Shown here: one piece after another, positions 1 through 8,021 of the stretch | Layout of the letters: every line of letters starts with the position of its first letter | Position numbering within the stretch: the first letter of the stretch is position 1 | Source of the DNA: Pseudomonadota bacterium | Lineage (GTDB): Bacteria; Desulfobacterota; Desulfobulbia; Desulfobulbales; SURF-16 | Length of the DNA stretch: 64,000 nt | Reading direction: 5' to 3' | Assembly (NCBI GenBank): GCA_043809085.1 | Contig: JAZDEG010000028.1 | Coordinates: 19,458-83,457, forward strand | Translations under genes and position numbers: made by a program | Notes under the pieces: model-generated | Told to the model about the DNA's origin: nothing | What the model saw: only the letters and a program-made list of their open reading frames with translations | The model's database searches: none

Positions 1-1
1 C

Positions 2-1375
2 AAGAACGGCAAACCGTTCCGCATCTGGCGCCAGGCCCTTGATCCGGACATCAACCCGGGACGGGAAGCATGGCGCGGCATTATCACCCCGGACGATGTC
101 TGGAACGAGATCGTTGCCGCGGCTGACATCCCGGGGGTGACCTCAGCTCCCAAGCTGCAGCCCATCGCCACCCGCATCGTCATGCTGCAGACCGGTATGC
201 GCTCTCCCATGGGAATGAAAGTAAAAGGCCCTGATCTTCCCACCATCGAAAGCGTTGCCCTGCAGCTTGAAGGATTTCTCAAGCAGATCCCCTCCGTCTC
301 GCCGCCCACTGTTCTGGCTGACCGGGTGGTGGGCAAGCCCTATATTGAAATCAATATCAACAGGGAAGCCATTGCCCGTTACGGCCTTATGGTGTCCCAG
401 GTGCAGCAGGTCATCTCCGTTGCCATCGGCGGCGAGATGATTACCTCGACAGTGGAGGGCCGCGAGCGATACCCGGTGAGGGTCCGCTACCTGCGTGAAC
501 TGCGCGATTCCCTTGAAGATATTGAAAAGATACTGGTGGCTGCGCCGAACGGTGAGCAGATTCCCCTGATCCAGCTTGCCGACATTGAATATGTACGGGG
601 ACCGCAGATGATCAAAAGCGAAGACACCTTCCTCACCGCCTATGTGCTCTTTGACAAAAAACCGGGGTTTGCCGAGGTGGATGTGGTGGAACAGGCCAAG
701 GCCTTTCTCGATCAAAAGATCAAAACCGGCGAGCTCACCCTGCCGGCGGGAGTCTCCTATTCCTTTTCCGGCAGCTATGAAAATCAGATCAGGGCCCAGA
801 AAAAACTTGCCATGATCCTGCCGCTGGCTCTGCTTGCCATCATGGTTATCCTTTACCTGCAGTTCAAGTCGCTGTCCACCACTCTGATGGTTTTTTCCGC
901 CATCTTCGTTGCCTGGTCCGGCGGATTCATGATGATCTGGCTCTACGGACAGGAGTGGTTTCTCAATGTCACCCTGTTTGGCGCGAACCTGCGGGAGTTG
1001 TTCCAGGTGCATCCCATCAACCTCTCGGTCGCCATCTGGGTCGGGTTCCTGGCGCTCTTCGGCATCGCCTCTGATGACGGCGTGCTGATGGCCACCTTTC
1101 TGGACGAATCAAAATCCCGTTACGCCGGAAAAACCAGAGAAGATATACGGGCCATGGTGATCGAGGGGGCCGAGCGCCGCATCCGGCCGGCGCTCATGAC
1201 CAGCGCCACCACCATTCTCGCCCTGCTGCCCATCCTCACCTCCACCGGACGGGGATCCGACATCATGGTGCCCATGGCGATTCCCTCCTTTGGCGGCATG
1301 TGTATCGCCACCCTGACCGTTTTTGTCGTGCCGGTCCTGTACTGCTGGAGGGAAGAACGCAACCTGGGCGAATGA
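2..1375 (+). CDS. CusA/CzcA-family heavy-metal efflux RND permease, C-terminal ~457 aa (5' end lies outside the window)
   Basis: The frame is open from nt 2 with no stop before the GTG listed at 137, so the gene starts upstream of the window. The translation (GMRSPMGMKVKGPDL, LMTSATTILALLPILTSTGRGSDIMVPMAIPSFGGM) is typical of the C-terminal periplasmic subdomain plus last TM helices of HME-RND pumps. Confidence 0.85.
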   Translation, partial: KNGKPFRIWRQALDPDINPGREAWRGIITPDDVWNEIVAAADIPGVTSAPKLQPIATRIVMLQTGMRSPMGMKVKGPDLPTIESVALQLEGFLKQIPSVSPPTVLADRVVGKPYIEININREAIARYGLMVSQVQQVISVAIGGEMITSTVEGRERYPVRVRYLRELRDSLEDIEKILVAAPNGEQIPLIQLADIEYVRGPQMIKSEDTFLTAYVLFDKKPGFAEVDVVEQAKAFLDQKIKTGELTLPAGVSYSFSGSYENQIRAQKKLAMILPLALLAIMVILYLQFKSLSTTLMVFSAIFVAWSGGFMMIWLYGQEWFLNVTLFGANLRELFQVHPINLSVAIWVGFLALFGIASDDGVLMATFLDESKSRYAGKTREDIRAMVIEGAERRIRPALMTSATTILALLPILTSTGRGSDIMVPMAIPSFGGMCIATLTVFVVPVLYCWREERNLGE

Positions 1376-1377
1376 TC

Positions 1378-2010
1378 TTATCCCGATAAAAGGCCGCTCT
1401 GCCTGATACCGTCGAAGATGAACTGCACCGCCAGGGCACAGAGGAGAACACCGAAAAGTCGGCTGATTACCCTCATGCCGGTAACGCCAAGGAGCCGCAT
1501 GAGCTTTGTCGCACCAAGCAAAGAAAGGTAGGTAATGAGCAGAATCGCCAGCAGGGAAAGAAGGACGATGGATTGGCGGGCAATATCTCCGCGCACATTT
1601 GCCATCAGCAGAATTGCCGCGCCGATGGCGCCGGGTCCGGCAATCAGCGGGGTGGCGAGGGGAAAGACGGAGATATCATTTTTCCCCTCCGCTTCATGGG
1701 TTTCCTCGGTTGTCGCAGAAGTTGCGCCGGAAGGCCGGGCGAAAACCATTTCAATGCCGATCAGGAGCAGCAGAATCCCGCCTGACGTTCGCAGGGCGGC
1801 AAGAGAAATGCCGAAACCGGCCAGCAGCGCTTCACCGAGAAAGGCAAAGGTAAAAAGAACGGCCGAGGCGATCAGTGTCCCGCGGAGGGCCATGGCCTGT
1901 CTTTCATACTGTTTGGAATTACTCGTCAGGACGGCAAAGATGGCGGCAACATCAATGGGGCCGATTGTGGCAAAAAAAGTCGCAAGCGCAACAACTGCTG
2001 TTTCGATCAT
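1378..2010 (-). CDS. MarC/UPF0056 family integral membrane protein
   Basis: The protein is polytopic and hydrophobic. MIETAVVALATFFATIGPIDVAAIF and LIAGPGAIGAAILL are MarC-family hallmarks. I moved the start to the ATG at 2008-2010 (Met34 of the listed ORF); the upstream 33 codons look non-coding. Confidence 0.75.
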   Translation of the reverse strand: MIETAVVALATFFATIGPIDVAAIFAVLTSNSKQYERQAMALRGTLIASAVLFTFAFLGEALLAGFGISLAALRTSGGILLLLIGIEMVFARPSGATSATTEETHEAEGKNDISVFPLATPLIAGPGAIGAAILLMANVRGDIARQSIVLLSLLAILLITYLSLLGATKLMRLLGVTGMRVISRLFGVLLCALAVQFIFDGIRQSGLLSG

Positions 2011-2068
2011 ATTTTCCGGACCGATCCATGATTTGTTGTACGGATCAGAAAGAGCGGACAGACTCCTT

Positions 2069-3232
2069 CTACCCATGAAAGGCGAGGGAAAACAACCTTT
2101 TCGCCCCATCCTCTTCCGGCTGTCTTTTCAGCCATTCAAGACAAAGCGACCTTGCCCTGTCCAGCTCTCCCTGTTTGAGGTAGATTTCACCGAGCCTGAA
2201 CAGATATTCAGGATGATCCGGCGCCAGTTGCAGACATTTCTCATACTGGGCGGCGCATCCGGCAAGGTCCCCGCTTTTCTGCAGCATTTCGGCAAACTGG
2301 GCAAAAACGAAGGCCGTTTCCGGCAGGGGTTCAACCGTCCGGTTGAGATACGGTCCGGCATCTTCCACCCTGCCTTTTTTCAGAAAAGCCTTCCCTATCT
2401 TGATGAGATTCAGGTCTGTGGGTCCTGACGCAGAAATCCGGCTGAATATCTGCTGGGCATTCTCCTCCATCCCCATATCCAGATAAAATTTACCGAGATC
2501 GATGGCAAGATCGATATTGAGGGGATTCTCCTTGTGAGCCTTCTGCAGCAGATTGAAGGCATCACCCTGCGATCCGTCCAGCCGACACACCTTGCTGAGC
2601 AGATGCGCCCCCTTTCCGCTGGTTGGCTGGCCGGCAAGATAAAGTTTTAAAAACTGTCTGGCCCGGTCCGCCTGACGCAGATGAAAGTACGCCTCACTCA
2701 GCACAAAAAGGGCGTCACTGTTGTTCTTCTGCCGGGCAAGCACATCCCGGGCGACAGTGATCACCTTGTCAAAATCTTTTTTCAGCAGCAGCCGCCGTGC
2801 TCTTCGAACCTGTTGCTGCAAGGGTGTGATCTTCTTCCTCCGGGTCACGACGGCATCAATCGCCTTCAACAGGTCATCACCACCGTATGGCGTGACCAGG
2901 TAGCCGTCAACCATCTCATCAACCGCATAGCGCACCATCTCCTTATGGCGGTTGTCCGATGTCATCAGCACAGGGATCTCCGACAACCCCGGAGTGCGGC
3001 GGATAAGCCGCAGAAGCTCAAGCCCGTTCATGGCGGGCATGTTCATTTCGGTGATGACGAAATGGACGCGCCCGCCTTTCAACACATTCCGCGCCTCCAC
3101 TCCGGAATGAAGAATGCAGACAGGTCCGTGTCCCGCATCCTCCAAGATCCGGACGTCACGGTCCAGTGCTTCCTGATTGATCCCGACAAGAAGAAAATCT
3201 ATTTCCTGACCATGGGACTGATTGTCATTCAT
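2069..3232 (-). CDS. Degenerate receiver (pseudo-REC) domain protein with C-terminal TPR repeats
   Basis: The N-terminal ~125 aa align to CheY-like receivers (VHFVITEMNMPAMNGLELLRLIR, IPVLMTSD). The C-terminal ~250 aa are TPR-like helical repeats (AYFHLRQADRARQFLKLY, GEIYLKQGELDRARSL). ATG start at 3232. Confidence 0.8.
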   Translation of the reverse strand: MNDNQSHGQEIDFLLVGINQEALDRDVRILEDAGHGPVCILHSGVEARNVLKGGRVHFVITEMNMPAMNGLELLRLIRRTPGLSEIPVLMTSDNRHKEMVRYAVDEMVDGYLVTPYGGDDLLKAIDAVVTRRKKITPLQQQVRRARRLLLKKDFDKVITVARDVLARQKNNSDALFVLSEAYFHLRQADRARQFLKLYLAGQPTSGKGAHLLSKVCRLDGSQGDAFNLLQKAHKENPLNIDLAIDLGKFYLDMGMEENAQQIFSRISASGPTDLNLIKIGKAFLKKGRVEDAGPYLNRTVEPLPETAFVFAQFAEMLQKSGDLAGCAAQYEKCLQLAPDHPEYLFRLGEIYLKQGELDRARSLCLEWLKRQPEEDGAKRLFSLAFHG

Positions 3233-3445
3233 GCCTGCTCGCTGTTTTCAGTTTTTTCCGGCTCATATTCAACCAGGGGCCCGTTTTATAAAATACCCAG
3301 CAGAAACTTCCTGCCATTCATTGTATACAGAAGGATGGGTAATATGTCAAAATTGCTGGAAGGGAGAGCAATAATTCACTATTTCGGTTATAATTATCAA
3401 CTAGGAATCAAGCTGTCATCAATTTTAAAACAAAGGAGAAAAATC

Positions 3446-3943
3446 ATGAGCAAGACTGAAAAAAATCTGCAGGAGGCCTTTGCCGGCGAATCCCAGGCGA
3501 ACAGAAAATACCTGGCCTTTGCGGAGAAAGCGGACAAGGAAGGGCGCTCCCAGGCGGCAAAGCTGTTCCGGGCGGCGGCGGCGGCCGAGACGATCCATGC
3601 CCACGCCCATCTCCGGGCAATGAAAGGCATCGGATCCACCGAGGAAAATCTCAAAGCGGCCATTGAAGGAGAAACCCATGAATTCAAGAACATGTATCCG
3701 ACAATGATCAAAGAGGCCGAGGAAGAGGGCAACAAAGCGGCGCTCCGCTCCTTTCAGTACGCCAATGAAGTGGAAAAGGAACATGCCGCCCTGTACCAGA
3801 ACGCCCTGGACACTATCGACGCATCGGGGGAATCATATGACTACTACATCTGCAAGGTATGCGGTCATACCCATGAAAAAGAGGCTCCGGAGAAATGCCC
3901 GGTGTGCGGAGCCAATGCCAATGCTTTTTTTAAAAGCGAATAG
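3446..3943 (+). CDS. rbr: Rubrerythrin (diiron four-helix bundle plus C-terminal rubredoxin-like CxxC...CxxC)
   Basis: MSKTEKNLQEAFAGESQANRKYLAFAEKA, EGETHEF, EKEHAALY and the C-terminal CKVCGH...CPVCGA are diagnostic. An AAGGAG RBS lies at 3433-3438. The listed ORF start at 2681 is an antisense read-through artefact. Confidence 0.9.
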   Translation: MSKTEKNLQEAFAGESQANRKYLAFAEKADKEGRSQAAKLFRAAAAAETIHAHAHLRAMKGIGSTEENLKAAIEGETHEFKNMYPTMIKEAEEEGNKAALRSFQYANEVEKEHAALYQNALDTIDASGESYDYYICKVCGHTHEKEAPEKCPVCGANANAFFKSE

Positions 3944-3951
3944 ACGCACAC

Positions 3952-6477
3952 TTACCGCAGCACTTCGCGAAGCTTTCGCATCAGGGTCGACGGCATCACC
4001 GGCTTGGGCAGGAAATTTTTTTCGGTGTCGAGCAGGCCGTTCCTCTCGTCCTTGACATCCAGGTAGCCGGACATGAACAACAGCCTGATGTCCGGTCTTT
4101 TTTCCCGAATCTTTCCAGCGAGCCGGTTGCCATCCATGCCGGGCATGATGATGTCGGTGAGAAGCAGATCAATGGTTCCGGGGTAACTCTCGGCAACACT
4201 CAACGCCTCTTCGCCGCTGGCGGCTCCGAGCAGGGTGTAGCCGAGAGGACTCAGGCTGTCCACGACAATCTGCCTGATGATGGCCTCGTCATCCACCACC
4301 AGAATGGTCTCATTGCCGTATCTGGGACCTTCTCCATCCTGCTCCCGCTCCAACTGCGCCACTGTTTCCCCCGTGGCGGGGAAATAAAGTTTGAAGGTTG
4401 TCCCTTTGCCGGGTTCACTGTACACGTCGATGAATCCCTTGTGCTGCTTGACGATGCTGTAAACCGTGGCCAGCCCGAGTCCGGTGCCCTTCCCGGCTTG
4501 TTTGGTGGTAAAAAAAGGTTCAAAGATACGCGACTTCGTCTCATTGTCCATGCCGTGTCCGTTGTCTGACAACGCCAGCATGACATAGGGGCCGGACGCC
4601 ATATTGACGTGCATTCTGGCATACTGCTTATCCACCATGACATTTCCAGTGCGAATCGACAGCCTGCCGCCCGTCGGCATGGCGTCCCTGGCATTGACGG
4701 CAAGATTCATGACTATCTGCTCGATCTGACCGGGATCCGCCTTGATAATGGACACCTCGGTGGCGAGCTGCAGATCAAGGGTAACGTCTTCCCCGATCAT
4801 CCTGGACAGCATCTTATACAGGGAAGTAACGGTTTCACTGATATTGACGTTACGAATATCAAGCTGCTTTATTCTGCTGAAAGCCATGAGCTGCCGAACC
4901 AGGGCGGCAGCCTTTTCTCCCGACTGCCTGATCACCTCCACATCATCCCTCCAGCCCGGATCATCGGCCTTCCGCAGCAGGGAAAGTTCACTGTAACCCA
5001 GGATGCTGCTCAGGATATTGTTGAAATCATGGGCCACTCCGCTGGACAGACGGCCTATTGCCTCCATTTTCTGGGCCTGCAGGAACTGCATTTCCAGTTT
5101 TTTCAACTCCGTAATGTCCTTGGCGAAGTGGACGATGCGCTGCAGCTCACCCGACGGACCCACCACCGGCGAGGCGGAAACAAGAAAGGTTTTACCAAGC
5201 TTTTCATGGATTATCTCGCCTGAATAGGGCTTGAACTCCTCCAGGGAGTCGGGAATGGGGCAGCCGTCGCAGGTTTGCTCGACACCGTGGAAAAGCTCAT
5301 GACATTTCTTACCGATCACCTCTTTATCGGAGCTGCCAATGATATCAAAAGTAGCCTTGTTGGCCCGGGTGATGCGCATATCGGCATCCTGAAGCGTGAC
5401 GATATCGCCGATCGCGTCAAAGGTTCGCTCCCACTCTTCCTTGGCAATGCGCACCTCATTTTCCGAACTTTTGAGCTGCTCCATGTTTTTTTTCAGAGTC
5501 GCGGACAATTCCTTCATAAATCTGGCCTGATCCCCCAACTCATCATCCGGAATTCCGGAGCCGACATCATAATCATAATCAGCCTCTTCAATGGACGCGA
5601 TGGCGTATTTCTGTCGCTGAATGAAGGCCTGGAAATAACGGGTGACTTTCCACCAGAGGACCAGGGTGAGAATGATGGCGGCGAGGCATACGGCGAAAAT
5701 GGTCTGCCGCAGCTGCTCCTGTTTCTTGCCGTTTTCACGAACAAGGCCGGCAACACTTGTAGAGGCAAAATCAAAAAAATGATTTGCCGTATCGGTGAGA
5801 AAATCCTCTCTGTCCCTGATGCCGAGAAAATTAAAGTATATTGCTTCACTATTGGCGACCAGACCATCATAGACCGCTACTATCTCCGAATCAGCGGCAA
5901 CCCCGGCAACAGTCTGCCGAAACGTTTTCAAGGCGCCGATATTGTCGGCTCCTGAATGATGATACGAGTCCTCAAAGGAAACCGGCAATGAATGGAGTTT
6001 TTTATAGAGTGCAAACCCCTGTTCAGGGGGCAGCGCATTTATTATCCCGTAAAACTTTCTGCCGAACTCTTCCTGTTTCCCGTGCAGGACGATGTCCTGC
6101 TCATATTTAACAAACAGTTCATCAAACGCCCTTTGATAGAATCCGAGATGTTCCCGGACCGCATTGATCTGTTTTTTGACCAAAGGACCCGAGTTCGCTT
6201 CCAGGCTATTCATCTTTTCGAGCAGGGCGACGGCCCTGGAGAATTCCTCCTGGAAACGGGCTCGTTCAGGAGATTTGAACTGCGTTTCCCTGCTGATCTT
6301 AAATGACGAAAGTTCGGTAATCTGCAATTTGAAATCCTGCATCAGACGCATCTTGCCGCCCGTCCGGCGCAGACCTTCGAGCCCAAAGAAAACCGTCACG
6401 GCCAGAATAACGGTCAGCAGCGCAAAAGAGGCGAAAAGCAGAAATACCTTTTTTGATATGTTCATGCGTACTATCAC
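3952..6477 (-). CDS. Hybrid sensor histidine kinase (2 TM, helical periplasmic domain, HAMP-like linker, PAS, HisKA, HATPase_c, C-terminal REC)
   Basis: H-box SSGVAHDFNNILSSILGY. N/G boxes NLAVNARDAMP and GKGTGLGLATVYSIV. Receiver ILVVDDEAI...LLLTDIIMPGMDG...LPKP. TM segments at aa ~12-33 and ~260-278. The start is either GTG 6477 or ATG 6465. Confidence 0.9.
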   Translation of the reverse strand: MIVRMNISKKVFLLFASFALLTVILAVTVFFGLEGLRRTGGKMRLMQDFKLQITELSSFKISRETQFKSPERARFQEEFSRAVALLEKMNSLEANSGPLVKKQINAVREHLGFYQRAFDELFVKYEQDIVLHGKQEEFGRKFYGIINALPPEQGFALYKKLHSLPVSFEDSYHHSGADNIGALKTFRQTVAGVAADSEIVAVYDGLVANSEAIYFNFLGIRDREDFLTDTANHFFDFASTSVAGLVRENGKKQEQLRQTIFAVCLAAIILTLVLWWKVTRYFQAFIQRQKYAIASIEEADYDYDVGSGIPDDELGDQARFMKELSATLKKNMEQLKSSENEVRIAKEEWERTFDAIGDIVTLQDADMRITRANKATFDIIGSSDKEVIGKKCHELFHGVEQTCDGCPIPDSLEEFKPYSGEIIHEKLGKTFLVSASPVVGPSGELQRIVHFAKDITELKKLEMQFLQAQKMEAIGRLSSGVAHDFNNILSSILGYSELSLLRKADDPGWRDDVEVIRQSGEKAAALVRQLMAFSRIKQLDIRNVNISETVTSLYKMLSRMIGEDVTLDLQLATEVSIIKADPGQIEQIVMNLAVNARDAMPTGGRLSIRTGNVMVDKQYARMHVNMASGPYVMLALSDNGHGMDNETKSRIFEPFFTTKQAGKGTGLGLATVYSIVKQHKGFIDVYSEPGKGTTFKLYFPATGETVAQLEREQDGEGPRYGNETILVVDDEAIIRQIVVDSLSPLGYTLLGAASGEEALSVAESYPGTIDLLLTDIIMPGMDGNRLAGKIREKRPDIRLLFMSGYLDVKDERNGLLDTEKNFLPKPVMPSTLMRKLREVLR

Positions 6478-7598
6478 TTCTTTTCCCCTGCCTTTTCGGG
6501 ACGGGATCCATAAATGAGATCGGAAAGATGATCCTGACCATATGCGTCCTTCACCTTCTCCTTCAGAAGTCCGGCGGCAATCATGGTCTCAACCCAGAAC
6601 GTGACTCCCCGCTCCCAGTCGTCATTATACTCTTCGATATAACTGATGGTGGGCAGTGATTTCCTTTCCACCCCGGGATCAATGGCAAGCCACTGGGCGA
6701 TCTGGTCACCGCTTTTTTCCGGATACTCTTTGATAAACCGGTTGGCGCGCATCATGAGGGTGACCATGGCCTCAACCACCTCCGGGTGATCGCTGACATA
6801 GCTGTCCGCTGCGGCCAGGGCGCAACAGGGAATACCCCGCCATTTTCCTTCGGGCGGCAGATCGCCAAGGGTTGCCGCCACTTTACCGATGCCCTTTTCT
6901 TCCGCCAGGGCAAGAAAAGGCTGGTTCGCGACAAAGCCGTCCACCAGCCCGTTCTCAAGGGCCGGCAGGAGATTTTTTTCCCCATAAAGATTGATCAGAC
7001 GCACCATGGCGCCGGTGTCCTCCTGGTCTCGATCATAGGATAATCCTGATTCCTTCAGGGCCTGTTCAAAAATCAGATTCTGCACCGACACGGCAATTTT
7101 GTACCCGATTTTCACCGGTTGCTCGCCGGCCCGGACAAAGGAAACAAATTCAACCCAGCTCGCCACCGCCATATCGGGACGAACCACGAGTCCCGCCCCA
7201 TCCGCCATGATCGGCGCGACTATCCTGATGGCGCTTCCCTGATCGATGAAACTCAGCATGGCCGGAACCCCGCCGAGACCCATATCATACTGGTGCTCGG
7301 CAAGCCGCTGGACAAGCTCCTTGCCGCCGGTGCTTGAATCAATCACCACCTTTGCCAGCAGCCTTTTCTGATCCATCAGTTCATACTCGTGCCGCGAGAC
7401 GTTCTCCTTCAGCCAGATGCCGCCGTGTTCCCTGAAATAATCGCCATTCATGGCGGCAATATAAAGCGGCGCATGGTGATCCTGGGGAGCGTGGCCGATG
7501 CGCAGAATCGGCGCCTTTTTCTCCTGACCGCATCCGGACAGGCCGATCAAGGTCAGAAGACAGATGAAAAAACATGCAATGCCGGCGGTTTGTTTCAT
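6474..7598 (-). CDS. Periplasmic solute-binding lipoprotein, NMT1/SsuA/TauA-like fold (ABC-type substrate-binding family)
   Basis: Lipoprotein signal MKQTAGIACFFICLLTLIGLSGC (lipobox LSGC). The mature part (ILRIGHAPQDHHAPLYIAAMNGDYF, GLGGVPAMLSFIDQG) resembles nitrate/sulfonate/bicarbonate-type binding proteins. ATG at 7598. The stop at 6474-6476 abuts or overlaps the kinase start. Confidence 0.8.
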   Translation of the reverse strand: MKQTAGIACFFICLLTLIGLSGCGQEKKAPILRIGHAPQDHHAPLYIAAMNGDYFREHGGIWLKENVSRHEYELMDQKRLLAKVVIDSSTGGKELVQRLAEHQYDMGLGGVPAMLSFIDQGSAIRIVAPIMADGAGLVVRPDMAVASWVEFVSFVRAGEQPVKIGYKIAVSVQNLIFEQALKESGLSYDRDQEDTGAMVRLINLYGEKNLLPALENGLVDGFVANQPFLALAEEKGIGKVAATLGDLPPEGKWRGIPCCALAAADSYVSDHPEVVEAMVTLMMRANRFIKEYPEKSGDQIAQWLAIDPGVERKSLPTISYIEEYNDDWERGVTFWVETMIAAGLLKEKVKDAYGQDHLSDLIYGSRPEKAGEKK

Positions 7599-8021
7599 TT
7601 GCAACCCATGAGAAATTGATTTTCTTCTGCCCGAAGAAAGGGCGCGGAGTCTTTGCGGACCACTCCTGAAAGTACCATATCCATCAGCGAGGGAAAGATT
7701 CTTCCAGAAATGATTGTACTTATCCCCCTGTTTTCTGTCAAAAAATAAATCAATTACCACCCGAAGTGATGATTAATCCCCTTGTCTCTTCTTTGCATTT
7801 CACATGACGGCTTTTATTTTGTATGATCTCCGGGAGGGAAACACTTTTTAACTAATGGGTGCCTTGAAAATTGAGCATCTGGTTCGAGGACAAGAAGCGG
7901 CGAGAATAAAAAGCGCAGCATATTGGGTATATGTGAGCATTTTTCTTTTCGCCGCGACGCAGTAGTCGGGCCAGAGGACGATTTTTCAAGGTTCCCTAAT
8001 GCAAACAAGGTCATAAAAACC

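Noticed and set aside
2681-3445. The long N-terminal extension of the rubrerythrin ORF (listed as 420 aa).
   Set aside because: The extension is antisense to the receiver-TPR gene and crosses an intergenic region. A proper RBS and ATG at 3446 give a normal 165-aa rubrerythrin.
3233-3445. A possible PerR/Fur-family operator upstream of rubrerythrin (TTATAATTATCAA at ~3398-3410).
   Set aside because: Only one half-site matches the TTATAAT-N-ATTATAA type palindrome, and the region is generally AT-rich. This could be chance.
3944-3951. Only 8 bp separate the convergent stops of rbr and the hybrid kinase, which could imply overlapping antisense transcription.
   Set aside because: This is a real observation, but convergent genes without room for a terminator are common in compact genomes. 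Nothing further can be inferred from the sequence alone.
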